NCBI GenBank assembly: GCA_008632985.1
Contig: QPGO01000024.1
Span: 124,001 to 188,000, forward strand
Direction of reading: 5' to 3'
DNA: 64,000 bases
Source: Psammoneis japonica
Lineage: Eukaryota
Positions 47,127 to 59,659 of this stretch are shown piece by piece. The translations under genes and the position numbers were made by a program. How positions within the stretch are numbered: the stretch's first letter is position 1; each line of letters starts with the position of its first letter. The notes beneath the pieces are model-generated. The model ran no database searches. It saw only the letters and a list, made by a program, of their open reading frames with translations, and was not told where the DNA came from.

Positions 47127-48172
47127 TTAGAATCGGTGGCTGCGGTTCATCTGGCTGCGTTCGGCGCGATCTTCGTAGTGGTATTCCGAGCGACCTTCGT
47201 AGTCGTAGTGGTATTCCGGGCGACCTTCGTAGTCGTAGTGGTATTCCGGGCGACCTTCGTAGTCGTGGTGGCATTCCGAATGACGACGACGTCCCGACAC
47301 AAGAGACTCAAGATACTCGTTTCGCTTCGTCGCGCATTCCAATTTGTAGGTCGCGCATTCCAATTCGTACTTCAGGCGGCGTTCAACCTCGCAGTTCTTG
47401 GTATTAATCAAGCTACAATTTGGGTTGACGTACTTGACGACTCTGTGGAAAATGCCCCTGTACATTTTCGGGTCGGGCAATCGGTGCCTCCCTGCACAGT
47501 GAGCGATCATGTTGCGACCTCCATTTAAATACTGCAAGTCTTTTTTAAGCTCGACAGGAATGTGGCGTTCGACTTGTCCAATGACCTCGCCGAGACCGTT
47601 GCACGGGTTGACATATTCTTTCGCGTAGGCTTGGAAGTAAAATTGGAGAAACTTCGAACCACAAATGCTGAGTTCCGCGTCATTGTCAAAATTGCATTCG
47701 AACTTGTCATCCTCCTCGTTCAAGGGAAACGAGATTTTTCTCTAGGCCTACTACTATAGACCAGGCTCTCTTCCACGAGGTCGGGGACTGCGATCTCGCG
47801 CTCGGCTTCCGACGACGCATCGACGGGCGGAGTAGCCAATAAATTGCGACGTGGAATGACGAAATCAGAGCACAAATCGGACAACTTCTCGCGAGTTTTG
47901 TCGCCGGTCTTCGTCAAGCTGTTCGTCAAGTCTTTCCGCACCCCCTCGGCGTCTTTCTGAATGAGCTTAGCCATTTTCAAGAGGACGGTACTGTCAGATT
48001 CGGCGCTGCTCTTTGCACGACTCATCGCTTTCTTCGTCTCGCGTTGATCAGCCTTTTCTTCTCTCATTCGCTTTCTCGATGCTTTACGACCAAAATCCTT
48101 TAAGAAATTCTTCCGTTCTTCCCTCTTTCGCAACTTGTCTGCCTCCCTTTTCTCTTCAACTGCCTTGGCCAT
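47127..48172 (-). CDS. Hypothetical protein(s): basic coiled-coil ORF overlapping a HEPN-like ORF (RNMIAH) with a repeat tail; may be one frameshifted gene
   Basis: ORFs 47720-48172 and 47127-47723 overlap in the -1 frame. GLGEVIGQVERHIPVELKKDLQYLNGGRNMIAH. Normal TA/CG content. Confidence 0.5.
47165..47280. repeat. 30-bp tandem repeat (about 3.5 copies) encoding HYDYEGRPEY on the minus strand
   Basis: CGACCTTCGTAGTCGTAGTGGTATTCCGGG repeated. Confidence 0.9.
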
Positions 48173-48827
48173 GTTGTCCTTGTTGTTGTTGCTGCTGCGA
48201 GTATGAGTTGTGTGGTTGATCGTGGTGGAACTGGAGCATGATAGCATCGAGCGTGTTTTTTTTTCCAGATACGTTTTTTTTTCAGATACGTTTTCGCTCT
48301 GTCATTCAAACCTTTTTCATTCCTACTCGAAAGAACGCGACCCAAAAACACGACAAACACCCTTCACATTTGCACGGTCGTTCAAACCTTGTGCATTCAC
48401 GTGACAGTAGACCATCGTGGCGGACCATCGTGACGGGCATCATTGTGGCCACGGCCTTATTCTGAATGACCCTTGATGCATGATGCGTGCATCTATCTAG
48501 CTAGGAAAATAGGGGGGGGTACAGACGGAAGAAGAGGGGGGGAGAGGGGGAGCGAAGCGACCCCGTTGTTGCTGCTTTAACAAGAGAGAAGGAAGGAAGA
48601 GAGCAAACGGAAGCAGCAAGGAAAGAAGTGAGACGACCGTGCGATGTGTTGTTGCGTTTTTGCGGAGTTGAAGATAGAGCGCATGAGCCTGACGCGCATA
48701 AAAGATTTCTATGGTAGATTTTATATATGCGCTGTCGCCCCCCATTTCCCATCTTCTATCTTGGTCCCAATTTGAGATGGAACGTTGGCTAGAATCACAG
48801 TGCAAATAATGAATCTACATTTACAGG

Positions 48828-51800
48828 CTACTTGGACGAACAATGTTCATCATGCGGTACTCTTCCTCGAGCAGCCACCCCCAACAAGTTTGTTTTTGAA
48901 AGATGAAAATCCCTGGCTCGGAAGCAACAGAATTTTTTGGTCAGATCCGATTGCAGATTCGGCGCCAGATGCAACGGCGGCAAATATGTTGGTGAACTAG
49001 TCCAAAATGGAGTAACGGCAATCTGCACACAGCATGGCACAGGGCATGGTGCAACAGGGACGGGTGGTGCACGTCTCGGCGCTGCCTTGTCTTGAGAACA
49101 CGAGGACTTGTTTTTTTTCGCGCTCGGCCCCTCAGCACACGTCGGCGTCGGCTGTTGTGACTCGCGGTTCCTTTTGCATGGGTTCACCACAGTTGATGCA
49201 GGATTAGATCGAGTTGCACATGGGTTTCTTGTCCCACACTTGCTGCACATGCATCTGTCAGGGTCGTTGTTGCTGCTCGCAGCTGCTGCGCCAAATTTTG
49301 CTTTTCTCGCTTCGAGTTCCTCGCCCACGCTTTCTAGTTGTTTCGGGTGTGCTGAAAAATGCCGCTCACCATTGTCTGCTTTCAATTCTTCGACATTTTC
49401 ATGCACAGGATGACCGACTCCCGCTTTCTCTGCCAACTTGTTGTTGTGGTCGAGCCTGCTGTGGTTGAGAAACGTCGGCACCCCACGAAAGGCGTGCGGA
49501 ATCTTGGCGCGCTCGTCCGCCGTCATCTCGTCTATTCGAAGACGCTGGCGTGTCGTAATGTTGCATTCACACGTTCCAGCAAGGCACAGTGCATCTATGA
49601 AGGCACTCCTGGAACCAGTGTTTCCAAAATGCTTGACGATGTGATGAAACTTCTCAAGCTTGGATTTGGCACCGGTGGTGGTGACGTACGTGTCAAGCTT
49701 GCACTTCGACCATTTTGAAGGCTTGACGACTCTGTACAAGTCTCCACGTTGTAAAGGCTCATCGAGTCCACGAGCTGTCACCTTTGCATTTTCTGCCGCT
49801 GGCTTGGTGTCTTCCGTGAAGAGAGGCCTGCCAGAATCTGGATCATGCCGTCCGCCGGCGTCTGCCGCTCCAGGAGACGCAGAGCACTTGCACCGATTAA
49901 ACCACGCTTCAAGATTGCTGTTGCGTGTTGCGAGAGGGCAAGTCCACCTTCGCATGTGCTTCTGGCAGTTTTTCCATTTCTTGCTCTTCTTGATCTCTTG
50001 AATTTCTTTGCTTGTGTGTGTCTTGCTGCCGAGCCTTCCAAACATTGGCGCATCGATCACCCGCGCCTCGTTGGATTCATCATCATGCCGAACACAATCT
50101 TTCAAGTCATGAACGGCACGACAGTGATCAATGTGAGTGCCTCGCAAGGTGCGAATGATTCAGTTAGTCTAGTGCCAAAGACCAAGCCGACACACTGTGT
50201 CCTGACCAAAAATTTCTTTCCAAAACTCTTCCTTGTTCGGCCATGTGTCAGAATGGTGAACTTGGGGGTTCACATTTGGACGTCTGGCGAATTGCTCAGC
50301 AGCATGGGCAAAATCCTTGGTTTCCAGTGATGGCACCACTGCCGCCACCCCAATTTCCCCCGTCTCAACAGCCATGGTGAAAAGTCCTTTTCCGTCATTG
50401 TCTTTGCAATTTTTCAATTGGTCGAAGGTGTGGTCGGAAGCAACGCTCACACGACAACCAACTGATTGGATCTCTCTTGTGTGTCGCATGTTGTCGCTCA
50501 TGCCAGTGTTGGCATGTTTTGAATCGGCAACTGCATCAAACATGTCGCGCACGTTCTGACCTGTTGGTCCATGTCGACCCAACCACTTCTCAAAAGTTGA
50601 CAACACTGGTGTGGGCGTCGTGGAACTTTTCGCCGCTTCGATCCACCTTAAATGATGTCGCTCCTCCACATCAAGGTAAGCTTGGCCACGTTGTTGATGC
50701 AGGTGTGCCGATGTGGCATCACCGTTGCTGCTTTCCTTCAATTCGTGCTCAGCGCATCTTGTTGTTGTCAAGTCCACATGAAACGAGGAGTTCGCGACCG
50801 CGCACCGAACGTCCACGGGATGTGACTGTCAGACAAGCTCAGGCAACTTAACTGGTAGCTTGCCATCATTCCCCTTGCATTTGCAACCACATTTATTGCA
50901 TTTGTGGCACATTGCCGTTGCGCAATCGGTGTGTCCACTGACTTTAAAGATGGGAGTTGCCGGACAGTCCTTTTTTACATCAAGTTGCTGGTGCATCATC
51001 TCACCACCACAATCATTGATGCAAGGCAAAAATGTGCCCAGACAATTGAGCTCCCAGCGAAGCACATGTGCTGTGACACCCTCCACCTCACTGTGGAGAT
51101 CATCTGGGGCGGAGAATGTGCTGTCACGAGGTGCTGTAAATGACAAGGTGCCAGGGGGGAAGTGCTTCTGGTGCCATGCCAGCTTCTTCTTGTTTGCCTC
51201 TCCACCCATCATCTCGTTTGAGTCGGCATGAAATCGAGATGGCAACAAGTCCAATGGATGCAACATCAAAGCTTGCACTGGTGCAGAACAGGAGTTCTTC
51301 TTTTTCTTGCATGCATCAACTCTTTTGCGAATCTCTCTCTTCAGCACCTCTGGAGAAAGAAGATCTTCTTCCACATTCACGGCAGAAAGCAGTGTGTTCT
51401 TCGACCGGATGGCAGTGATGGTGGCAGCAGCAGCACCGGCAGCAGCAGTGACGGGCGTGGTGTCGGCAGCATCATTCAACGAGTCGGTCGTTGCAGATGG
51501 CTCGCTGTTCTTTGAAGCCCTGGTGTGAATGCAGAACAGGTCCTCCACACCTTCCTCAGTTAGACGCTGAAAACCCTGCACTTTTTTTGCGTTCTTTCTT
51601 GCGTTGCTAGTCACAAAGCGGTGGACAGCCGCGTTTCGCTCGGTGCTCATGTTCTTTCCACAATGTGTGGATTTTGGGCAGCCAGGGTCATGGCCCTTTT
51701 TGCAGGTGGGTCCTTGTTTGCATCTCTTGCACTCAACAACCTTTTCTTGAGCAGTGTGACTGTTTGATGGAGTCAGAATTTGCGATTCTGCCTCCGCCGC

Positions 51801-52000
51801 CGGTGATGTTGTAAACCGAGGCGCATTTTTTCCCGACAACTTTGCGACTCCAGAAAAAGCTCGCTCCTTTGCTTTTTTCGTGGCTGCCTTTCGAGTCTGA
51901 GACTGAATGCCCATGGTGCTGGGAAGCTTGCGGGAGCAACACTTCTCCATTCTGCTGCAATTCCTTCTCTCAGAACTCTCCTGTGCAGGTGGGTCGGCAC
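48828..52000 (-). pseudogene. Large (about 1000 aa) DDE-transposase-like ORF broken by three in-frame stops; family uncertain
   Basis: ORFs 50829-52091, 50169-50816 and 48828-50147 share one frame. Cys clusters, then VASDHTF..ETGEI..HSDTWP..CRLGLWH..SKLEKFH, reminiscent of DUF6729-associated/Dada/MULE-like transposases (from memory, not searched). Confidence 0.5.
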
Positions 52001-52375
52001 TGATGATGAGTGAGATGAAAAAAGACCAGAGGAGTTTGAATTTTGTGTGTGGTGTCTTTGTCCGAGCGCCAGTGCTCAGACTGTGGCGCATCCGTCTGAG
52101 ATGGACGAACCGAGGTGGCAGTGTCTGTGTTGCATTGATCGTTGACTGGTGATGATGTGCATTCTTTCAGAAAGCCTTGAGTGTTGCAACATGTGTTCTT
52201 GAAATGAAGCGTTCTGATTGGTCCAATCTTCCATCGGCAGGGGGCCTGTCACGAGCTGCGGTGTGTCATTGTAACGTACGTGCGCATGTCCGTCCGTCCA
52301 TTTTCAAAAAGAAATGCTGCACACAAGTTGGTCGCGCACGTTTGGGTTCGTTCGATGCAGCCGTGCAACTAGCCA

Positions 52376-55300
52376 CACACACAGTCTAACCTTGCACAGG
52401 GTCATCTGACAGTTGCAGAACAGATGTCCTTGTGCAGGGGTTGCTGGCTGTTGTGTCTTGGCTTCTGACAACAGGACTTTGACAGCAGCCAAGTTGCTGT
52501 GTGAGTTGACAGGCTCTGTGCTGCTGCAACTCTCCAGATCAGAACACTGCTCTGAACCTTGCTTTGGAGCATGCTGGACTTCAGGTGCCTTCAGCATGGA
52601 AAAACCTCCAACCTGGACAGAGGCTCTGGTGTTGACAAGACTGCTGGTGTTTGTTCCATGATCCAGCTTTCCTCTGCAATGATGACATGTTTTGCACACA
52701 CACAAACTGTGGGAGAGAAAGAGTGGAAGTTCAAAAACTGACATTTGCAGCACTGCAAATGATGAGGTTGAACTCTGCCCAAGCTCCTGCTGCACACAAA
52801 AAGTCCTGAGTGAGAAAACTGCATGGAGTTTGCACTGGGGGACCCAAAAAAGTCCAGAACAACGGGATTTTTAGCTTTTTTTTGGACATCCCTGGCACTG
52901 CTTTTATGTTGGATTCTGCACAGTTCTAGAAAATCCTGTCACTCTGGACATTTTGTGCTCCCTGGCACAAACTCTGTGCACCATTTTTGCTCCAAACTTT
53001 CTGTGCATGGCAGTGCAGGTCAGGCTGATGCTCTTGTTGAGATCCACTTGGTTGACCAGGTTTTGAGCATCCTCTTCTGTGCAGTGTGGACCAGACACTC
53101 TTCCACACATTGACAAAATGAACAAGAGTGTCAGAGGCAAAATGTGCCACTGAGCATCTGTCAGACCAGACAGCTTCTTGATGAGATGCACAAAAGACAC
53201 TCATGACATGCAGCTAAAATGGAGCATGTTTTTCTGATCTTTGATGGCACAGAAACACTGCTTGGCTCTGTCAAAAAATGGCCATTGTCTCTCTTCACTC
53301 CTTGCAGCAACTCAGCTGATGCTGGGCCTTGGTCAGAATTGGTTGTCATGAGCCCCTGCGGGTCATGCACTGAAAAACACATTGAAGAAAACAGCTGACA
53401 GATGTCTGACTTGGTGAATCTTGAATTTGAGACATCCTCTCCAAAGAGCAAGTGACCAAAGGTGGTTGTGCTCAATGTTGTTGATGAACATGATGCCTGC
53501 ATGGTGAGAGTGGTGCTTTCACAAATCTTGTGATCCATGGAGGCATGCTGGCCACACACATGCAGACACATTGGCTGATCATCTTTTGGGAGTTTGGCTT
53601 GCCTCTCAGCTCTCAAAGATCCAAGGTTGGCACAGCAGCTGTGGTTGGCTGCCAAATGACTTGAGGTCAGTTGGAACAATTGACTGCCACAGTGGCTGAT
53701 GATCCTTTGATTGCTGACAATGGCAAGTTTCAAATGAGAAACTCTCAAATTAAAACACTGAACACACTGTCAATTGGGAGCTTTTGGTCCTGAGTTGTGT
53801 CATTGCCTTCATGCCAAGCCCCAATCTGCAATGATGTCACTCCAGTGTCAGAAGGGAGCAACAGCCCAATCACACTGCAAATCTTCTTCCAAGGGCACCT
53901 GTCTGTCAAATGTTTTTTTGGACATGGTGCATCCACAGAATCATGCCCTGCTTGTGAAGCAGAGATCCTGAAAACTCAAAGAGGGGGGGTGTGGAGTTGT
54001 CAAATGAAGATCACAGGTTTTGCAAACCAGCCAGTGTCTTCTTTGGGAAGGATCGCTGCACCCCTTGCCAGGAAAAGTTGCCTGCCAGCACATGTCACAT
54101 GTGGTTATTCTGGACAAGAGTTGTTGAATGGAAATTGTCACCAAGCACTTCAGCAGTCATTGACCAGCAGCTTTTTCACATCTGCAACTGCTCAGGATGA
54201 CTTGTGTCAGAGTTTGACAACCAAATTCAGGGCAATCATTGTGGAAACAACCAAGCAACATCCTCCTTTGAACAAGGCAGAGTTTTAGATGCCATGGTTG
54301 ACAATGACATCACCAAAACATGGCACACACATCTTTCTTCCAAACAAGATGCTGCCACAACCAGCACTCATTTGAAAAAGATTGTTGCATGGTTGAAAAA
54401 ACATGGATTGTGCAAGGCAGCATTTCTTGTCATCCAGGACTGCACAGATGACGGATGTGCCAAGCAATGCAGGCATGATTTGGCACTGCATGTGTTGTCT
54501 GTGTTTGTGTGCAAATGCAAAAAATTGTGTTCAACCCAGCAGTCTGTGCACCTGGACACAGGGCAAGGGAGAAGTGGGTGGCATTGGAGCACACACAAAG
54601 TCTGTGGCATCAGAGGGAGAAATGTGGCCCATTGATTTGGTGGCAGGAGCAAACAAAAAAGCCAAGAAAATTGGCGCAAATGTGCCAGTTGTTGTGGATC
54701 AAGACAATGTGTTGTCAAGTCACACAAGAGTGCTTGAAAGTTCTTGAAGAAGGAATGTGCAAAAGGGGCACATTTGTGGCAATTGTTGGAGATGTTGATG
54801 TCCACTGGAGTTTTGCTTGTCATGGCAACAAAACTGCCTGGGGATGCCTTTGCAGATGACTGCACAAATTTCTTGAATGTGAGCTTGCGCCATGCTTTCC
54901 AGCATTGACAATGGTGGCAGGAAGAGGGTTCTTGGCAATGGTGCCAGCACTCACAGTGAAAATGACAGCTGTGCAGAAAAGGACATCATGAGCAGCTTTC
55001 ACAGTTGAGAGGTGAGCTGGAGGCAATTCTGAAAACTGTGATGACTTGACCATCAAAAGAAATTCTGTGTGCACTGCATCAGTCTTCAACACAAAAGTCA
55101 TGCAGAAAGTGCACACCATGTGAACCTCAAAGAACAAGTGGCGCCGGCTGTCAGGGGTGAGAAAAGCAAGTTTTGTGGTCACACTGCAATGGTGTGGGTC
55201 ATGGCGTGAATTCAATTTTCAAAACATTTCAAGCCAGCAACATCATGGTTGCATTGGCTGCATCTGTTCTGTTGCATCTTGTCTTTTCTGAGATTTTGCA

Positions 55301-55968
55301 GCTTGAATTTTTGTGCCAGTCTTGCATGACATCAACATTGGACACCCCCCCATGCTTGTTGAGTTGTGCAAAGTGAGGTGAGCAACCAAGCTGCTGAGCT
55401 CTGCCTCAGAATGTTTGAGTGCAGGCATGGGATGAGTTTGCAATGACAATGACTCCAGGTGCACATTTGACGGGAGTTTTGTGGGTTGGCAGAGGAGAGC
55501 AAGACAATCACACAATTGCTCACCCACTGAATCTGGCTGTTCACACACAGGGCCTGCACTGCAGCCACATCAGCATGAGTTGTGTCTTCAATGCCATTGA
55601 ACGCAAGCATCCTGTCTCTCTTGACAGAATTTGAGCACATCAGCCAATTGTCCTCAATTGACCAACCCGCACTGGCACACCTTGTTTGCTGAGCTCACAT
55701 GCCTGCTGTGGTTGCTTGTTGCAGGCAACATTCAGGAGCAGTGGTTGCCACCACCATGCAGCAACAAGAAAAAATGCTTCCCAAGATGTGCTCTGAGCAG
55801 CATGGTGACAAGCAGCTGCAAGAAATTGACCTGCTTGGGTGTGTGACACAATGAGCTGAGAGACAAAGGGTGACCACTCCTTTTTAAAGAGCCCACCACC
55901 AGGCAGACAAACTTGGGCCAGTCATTTCACTTGCTGAGATTGACCTCTTGTTTGGCAGGGCAACTCAA
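52376..55968. repeat. Repeat family B, copy 2 (about 3.6 kb)
   Basis: Colinear direct repeat of 15750-18944. Confidence 0.9.
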
Positions 55969-56528
55969 CACCATGAAAAAATTGTTGTCAGCTTTTGTTG
56001 AAATGATGCAAGAGGCAAAATTTTGTTTTCAATGCCCCCCCATGACAGGAGCACAAAAGACATGATCATGAAAAATGCAAAGATCAACAATTGAGGCTTG
56101 CACAAACGACACCCCATGAGATGGTAGTTGCACTTGATTGTGCTCTGGAAGAACGCGACAAGATGGATCATAAATGTGTGATTGCAGGAGCGAGAGTTAA
56201 ACTTCTCGTGACGAGGCTGGAAATGGAGCTTGGCGGATTGGGGCTGTCAGAGCTGCGGACATGCCTGTGCACTTGTGCAGCGATCCCAGTGCCGCTTCCA
56301 TGTGTTTTTCTGTGTTTTGCCACCAGAGTTTGTGACAATGTGCAATCGTGCGCCTGTTCCCACCGACAAAGACAGCGCCACCCCTCCACTTCTCGCACTC
56401 GAATTCATCTGACACCAAGGCAACAGAGCTTCAATCACCTCCATCAGGTCAAAAGACTCTGAAAGCGTGGAGCCATTGCCTCGTTTGTGAGCATCCCCCA
56501 TCCCCCCCCCCCCAGCATTCGAGTTCAT

Positions 56529-58855
56529 CTAACTGCGAGGCAACAGAGCTTCAATCGCCTTCATCAGGTCAAAAGACTCAGACATCGTGGGGCGTGAAGC
56601 ATGATTGCATGTGAGCATGCTTTTGCAGAGACTGATCATCTCCTTTCCTCCATCTAGTTTCGGCCAATGTTCTGTGAAGACTGCCTTGTTAAAGGCCTGT
56701 CCCAGCTGCTCTTCGAAATTGATCTCTGACGAGAAAGCCTTGTGTGGCATTGGAGCTTCACCAGCCATCATTTCACAGAAGATTGCCCCAACACTGCAGG
56801 CATCTATCTTGTTGCTTGCAGTGCAACTGTTCGCACTCCAGGGGCCATGCACATGGGTGTGCCAGCTTCCTGTGTGATGCCCTGATCGTCATCCTCACTG
56901 ACGGCAGATCTCAAGAGACCGAAGTCTGTGACTGGCACCTTGCCGGTTTCCTCGTCGACAAGAATGTTCACCAGTTTGAGATCGCGATGCATCATCGAAT
57001 GCTGCTCGAATGCTTTGCCTGCCGACATGACCTGTAGCACAACATTAAAAACCCAACGAAATTTTGAAACAGAGGGCTTGATGGACGCCATCTTCTCACA
57101 TTCATCTTTCAGCGTGTGGTTCTCTAATCTCGGCATAAAAGTGGCAAAGCACACCTTGCTTTTCTCTGGTGCTTTGCATGTGTGGCCGAGAAGTGGGACC
57201 ACATTCTTGTGATCGATGAGTCCATGACAAAGCAAAGGGCGCACACCATGCTTGGGGATGTCAGCCACGTCCAAAATCTGAATCTTCATGACCAAAGAGG
57301 CGTGGCTGTTTGCAATTCCATAGATCCCGCCTTGAGCACCAGAGTCCATGTGATCGGTTGTTGAGAATTGGCCCTTCTCAAGTTCCCAGAGAAGCCCAGC
57401 TCCTGCCTTTTCCTGAGTGGCAAGGGGGCTGCTCTTCTTCTGCTGCTTGAAACTTTCCACTTGATCTCTTACGTTGCCCATGCAGTCATCCTCATAATCA
57501 GATTTCTCAAGTGCAGCTCAAATGACAGGATTGTGCATGCAAAGTTCCAACGTAAAATGCGGTCCTGGTCCAAGGGCAGTTTGTGGATCCAGCTCGGATG
57601 CTTCCACGTCAGTCTCGTTGCACGAAAGCTCGGCCACTTCCGAGTCGCGTGCTCCAGCAGCAATCGAATCGTCCGCCGCGATGAGAAACATTGGGTGTTT
57701 GTCCTTGATGCTCTGCAAGCAAGCGTCCATGAAGCCGTGGCCTGGAAAGTGGCGCTCGCACTTCTCCACCATGGGGCAGAGTTGCTCGTGTGGTTGTGTG
57801 AACAGATTGCGCAAATCCGACACTTCAACAGGAATGTCCGGGTCAAAGCTCGATGCACCGGCTGCGGTCCTCGTGTCAGCGCCAGGCGAGCTGACCGTCA
57901 ATGATGCAGCATTTCCGTCGGATGTGCCACTTGGTCCAACGGCAATCCACAGCAACTTGAGTTCTTTGATGGACCTTGATGGACCTGCAACGATGTGTGG
58001 GAAAATGTTGTTCTTGATTGTGTTCTCAAGCAATGTCATTTTTGCGGTTTTCAACAAGTCCATGCCAGTGTCAATTCTTTCCACGAATTGCAACAGGTGA
58101 TCATCGCCCAGCAACAGCTCCACGATCATCTGTTTTGCTTGTTTTTTGAAGACATGCGGACAAAGATTGCCTTCTCTGAGTTCCAAGGTGAGCTCAGTTG
58201 CTCGTTCGAGCTGTGCCTGTGACATGAGGCCCCAGATCGCATCGTCACGAAGCAGCGCCACGCATTTGTCTTTCCCCAGAGAATGCTGGGCTGCTGCCTC
58301 CATCAGACACCTCACAAATTCTCGAACACTCTCATCCGACCCAGAAAGCTGGGGTTGGATTCAAATCAACTTGGAAACTTCGACGAGCATGAGCATCAAA
58401 TCATCCACATCGCTTCCTGATTTTCCCTTCTTCTTGTTGCTGTCCGGCAGCATCCACGCAAGAAGGCCTTGCACCTCCTTCTCTTCTGCTGATGGCAACC
58501 TCTGCTTTTCAATGGAAAGGTTCAGCTTCATTTTTTCGGCCTCGAGCAAGGACCAAATCGTGGGTGAGTCCTCCTTGCTGATGAGACATTTTTCTCGTCC
58601 AACGTTGAGGGCGGCTCGGATGAGACTCACATTCAGCAAGTTGTCTCTCATGGCATTGAAGCAGCCCGTGAGCTGCAACGACGTCTTTCCAAAGGCAGCG
58701 ACATCCCCAGTGCTTCCTCGGCCGGTCATTTCATCATCACTGAACGAAGCGGCATTGGCAAGAGTCAGCCGCGCCTTTGGGTCTTCGTCTGAGCCACCAG
58801 CTGCAGCCTGTCACTGACGATTGCGAATCTTTGGTGTCTTTGCGTTGTGTTCCAT
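56529..58855 (-). pseudogene. Ser/Thr protein kinase pseudogene with long N-terminal extension
   Basis: SGAQGGIY, VMK, HRDLKLVNILV, TDFGL, GTPMCMAP, KIDACSVGAIFCEM, SRPT; several frameshifts. Confidence 0.85.
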
Positions 58856-59015
58856 TGTCACAGAAAAGATGTCTGACTGCAAAAGGATGTTGTGATGAAA
58901 GGTGTAGCGAATGGAAGCAATTGGTCGCAGAGACATGATGAAATCAAAATTCAAAATGGCCGCTGGTGTTGTCGTTGACCATCTTGTTGTGGTTTGTTGT
59001 GGCTGGAGCGAAGAG

Positions 59016-59600
59016 CGGGATTTTCTAAAAAATGGGATTTTAAAAATTTTAAAAGAAAATTGAGTCTCAAAATTTTGAAAATCGTGTTTTCTCAGCAAAT
59101 GCGGCAAGAACGTGATGGATCAGCCGCACGTCGGGATTTTCTAAAAAAATGGGATTTTCAAAATTTTAAAAGAAAATTGAGTCTCAAAATTTTGAAAATC
59201 GTGTTTTCTCAGCAAATGCCGCAAGAACGTGATGGATTGGCCGTCCGTCAGGATTTTCTAAAAAAATGGGATTTTCAAAATTTTAAAAGAAAATTGAGTC
59301 TCAAAATTTTGAAAATCGTGTTTTTTCTCAGCAAATGCCGCAAGAACGTGATGGATTGGCCGTCCGTCGGGATTTTCAAAAAAATGGGATTTTCAAAATT
59401 TTAAAAGAAAATTGAGTCTCAAAATTTTGAAAATCGTGTTTTCTCAGCAAATGCCGCAAGAACGTGATGGATTGGCCGTCCGTCGGGATTTTCAAAAAAA
59501 TGGGATTTTCAAAATTTTAAAAGAAAATTGAGTCTCAAAATTTTGAAAATTGTGTTTTCTCAGCAAATGCCTCAAGAACGTGATGGATCGGCCGTCCATC
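59016..59600. repeat. AT-rich tandem repeat of about 117 bp, 5 copies
   Basis: GGATTTTC(T/A)AAAAAATGGGATTTTCAAAATTTTAAAAGAAAATTGAGTCTCAAAATTTTGAAAATCGTG..GATGGATTGGCCGTCCGT repeated. Confidence 0.95.
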
Positions 59601-59659
59601 TTCCGTTTGTGGTTTCAAAGGAACGTTTGCATCGCGCAGGCCTGGACACTTCTGAGATG

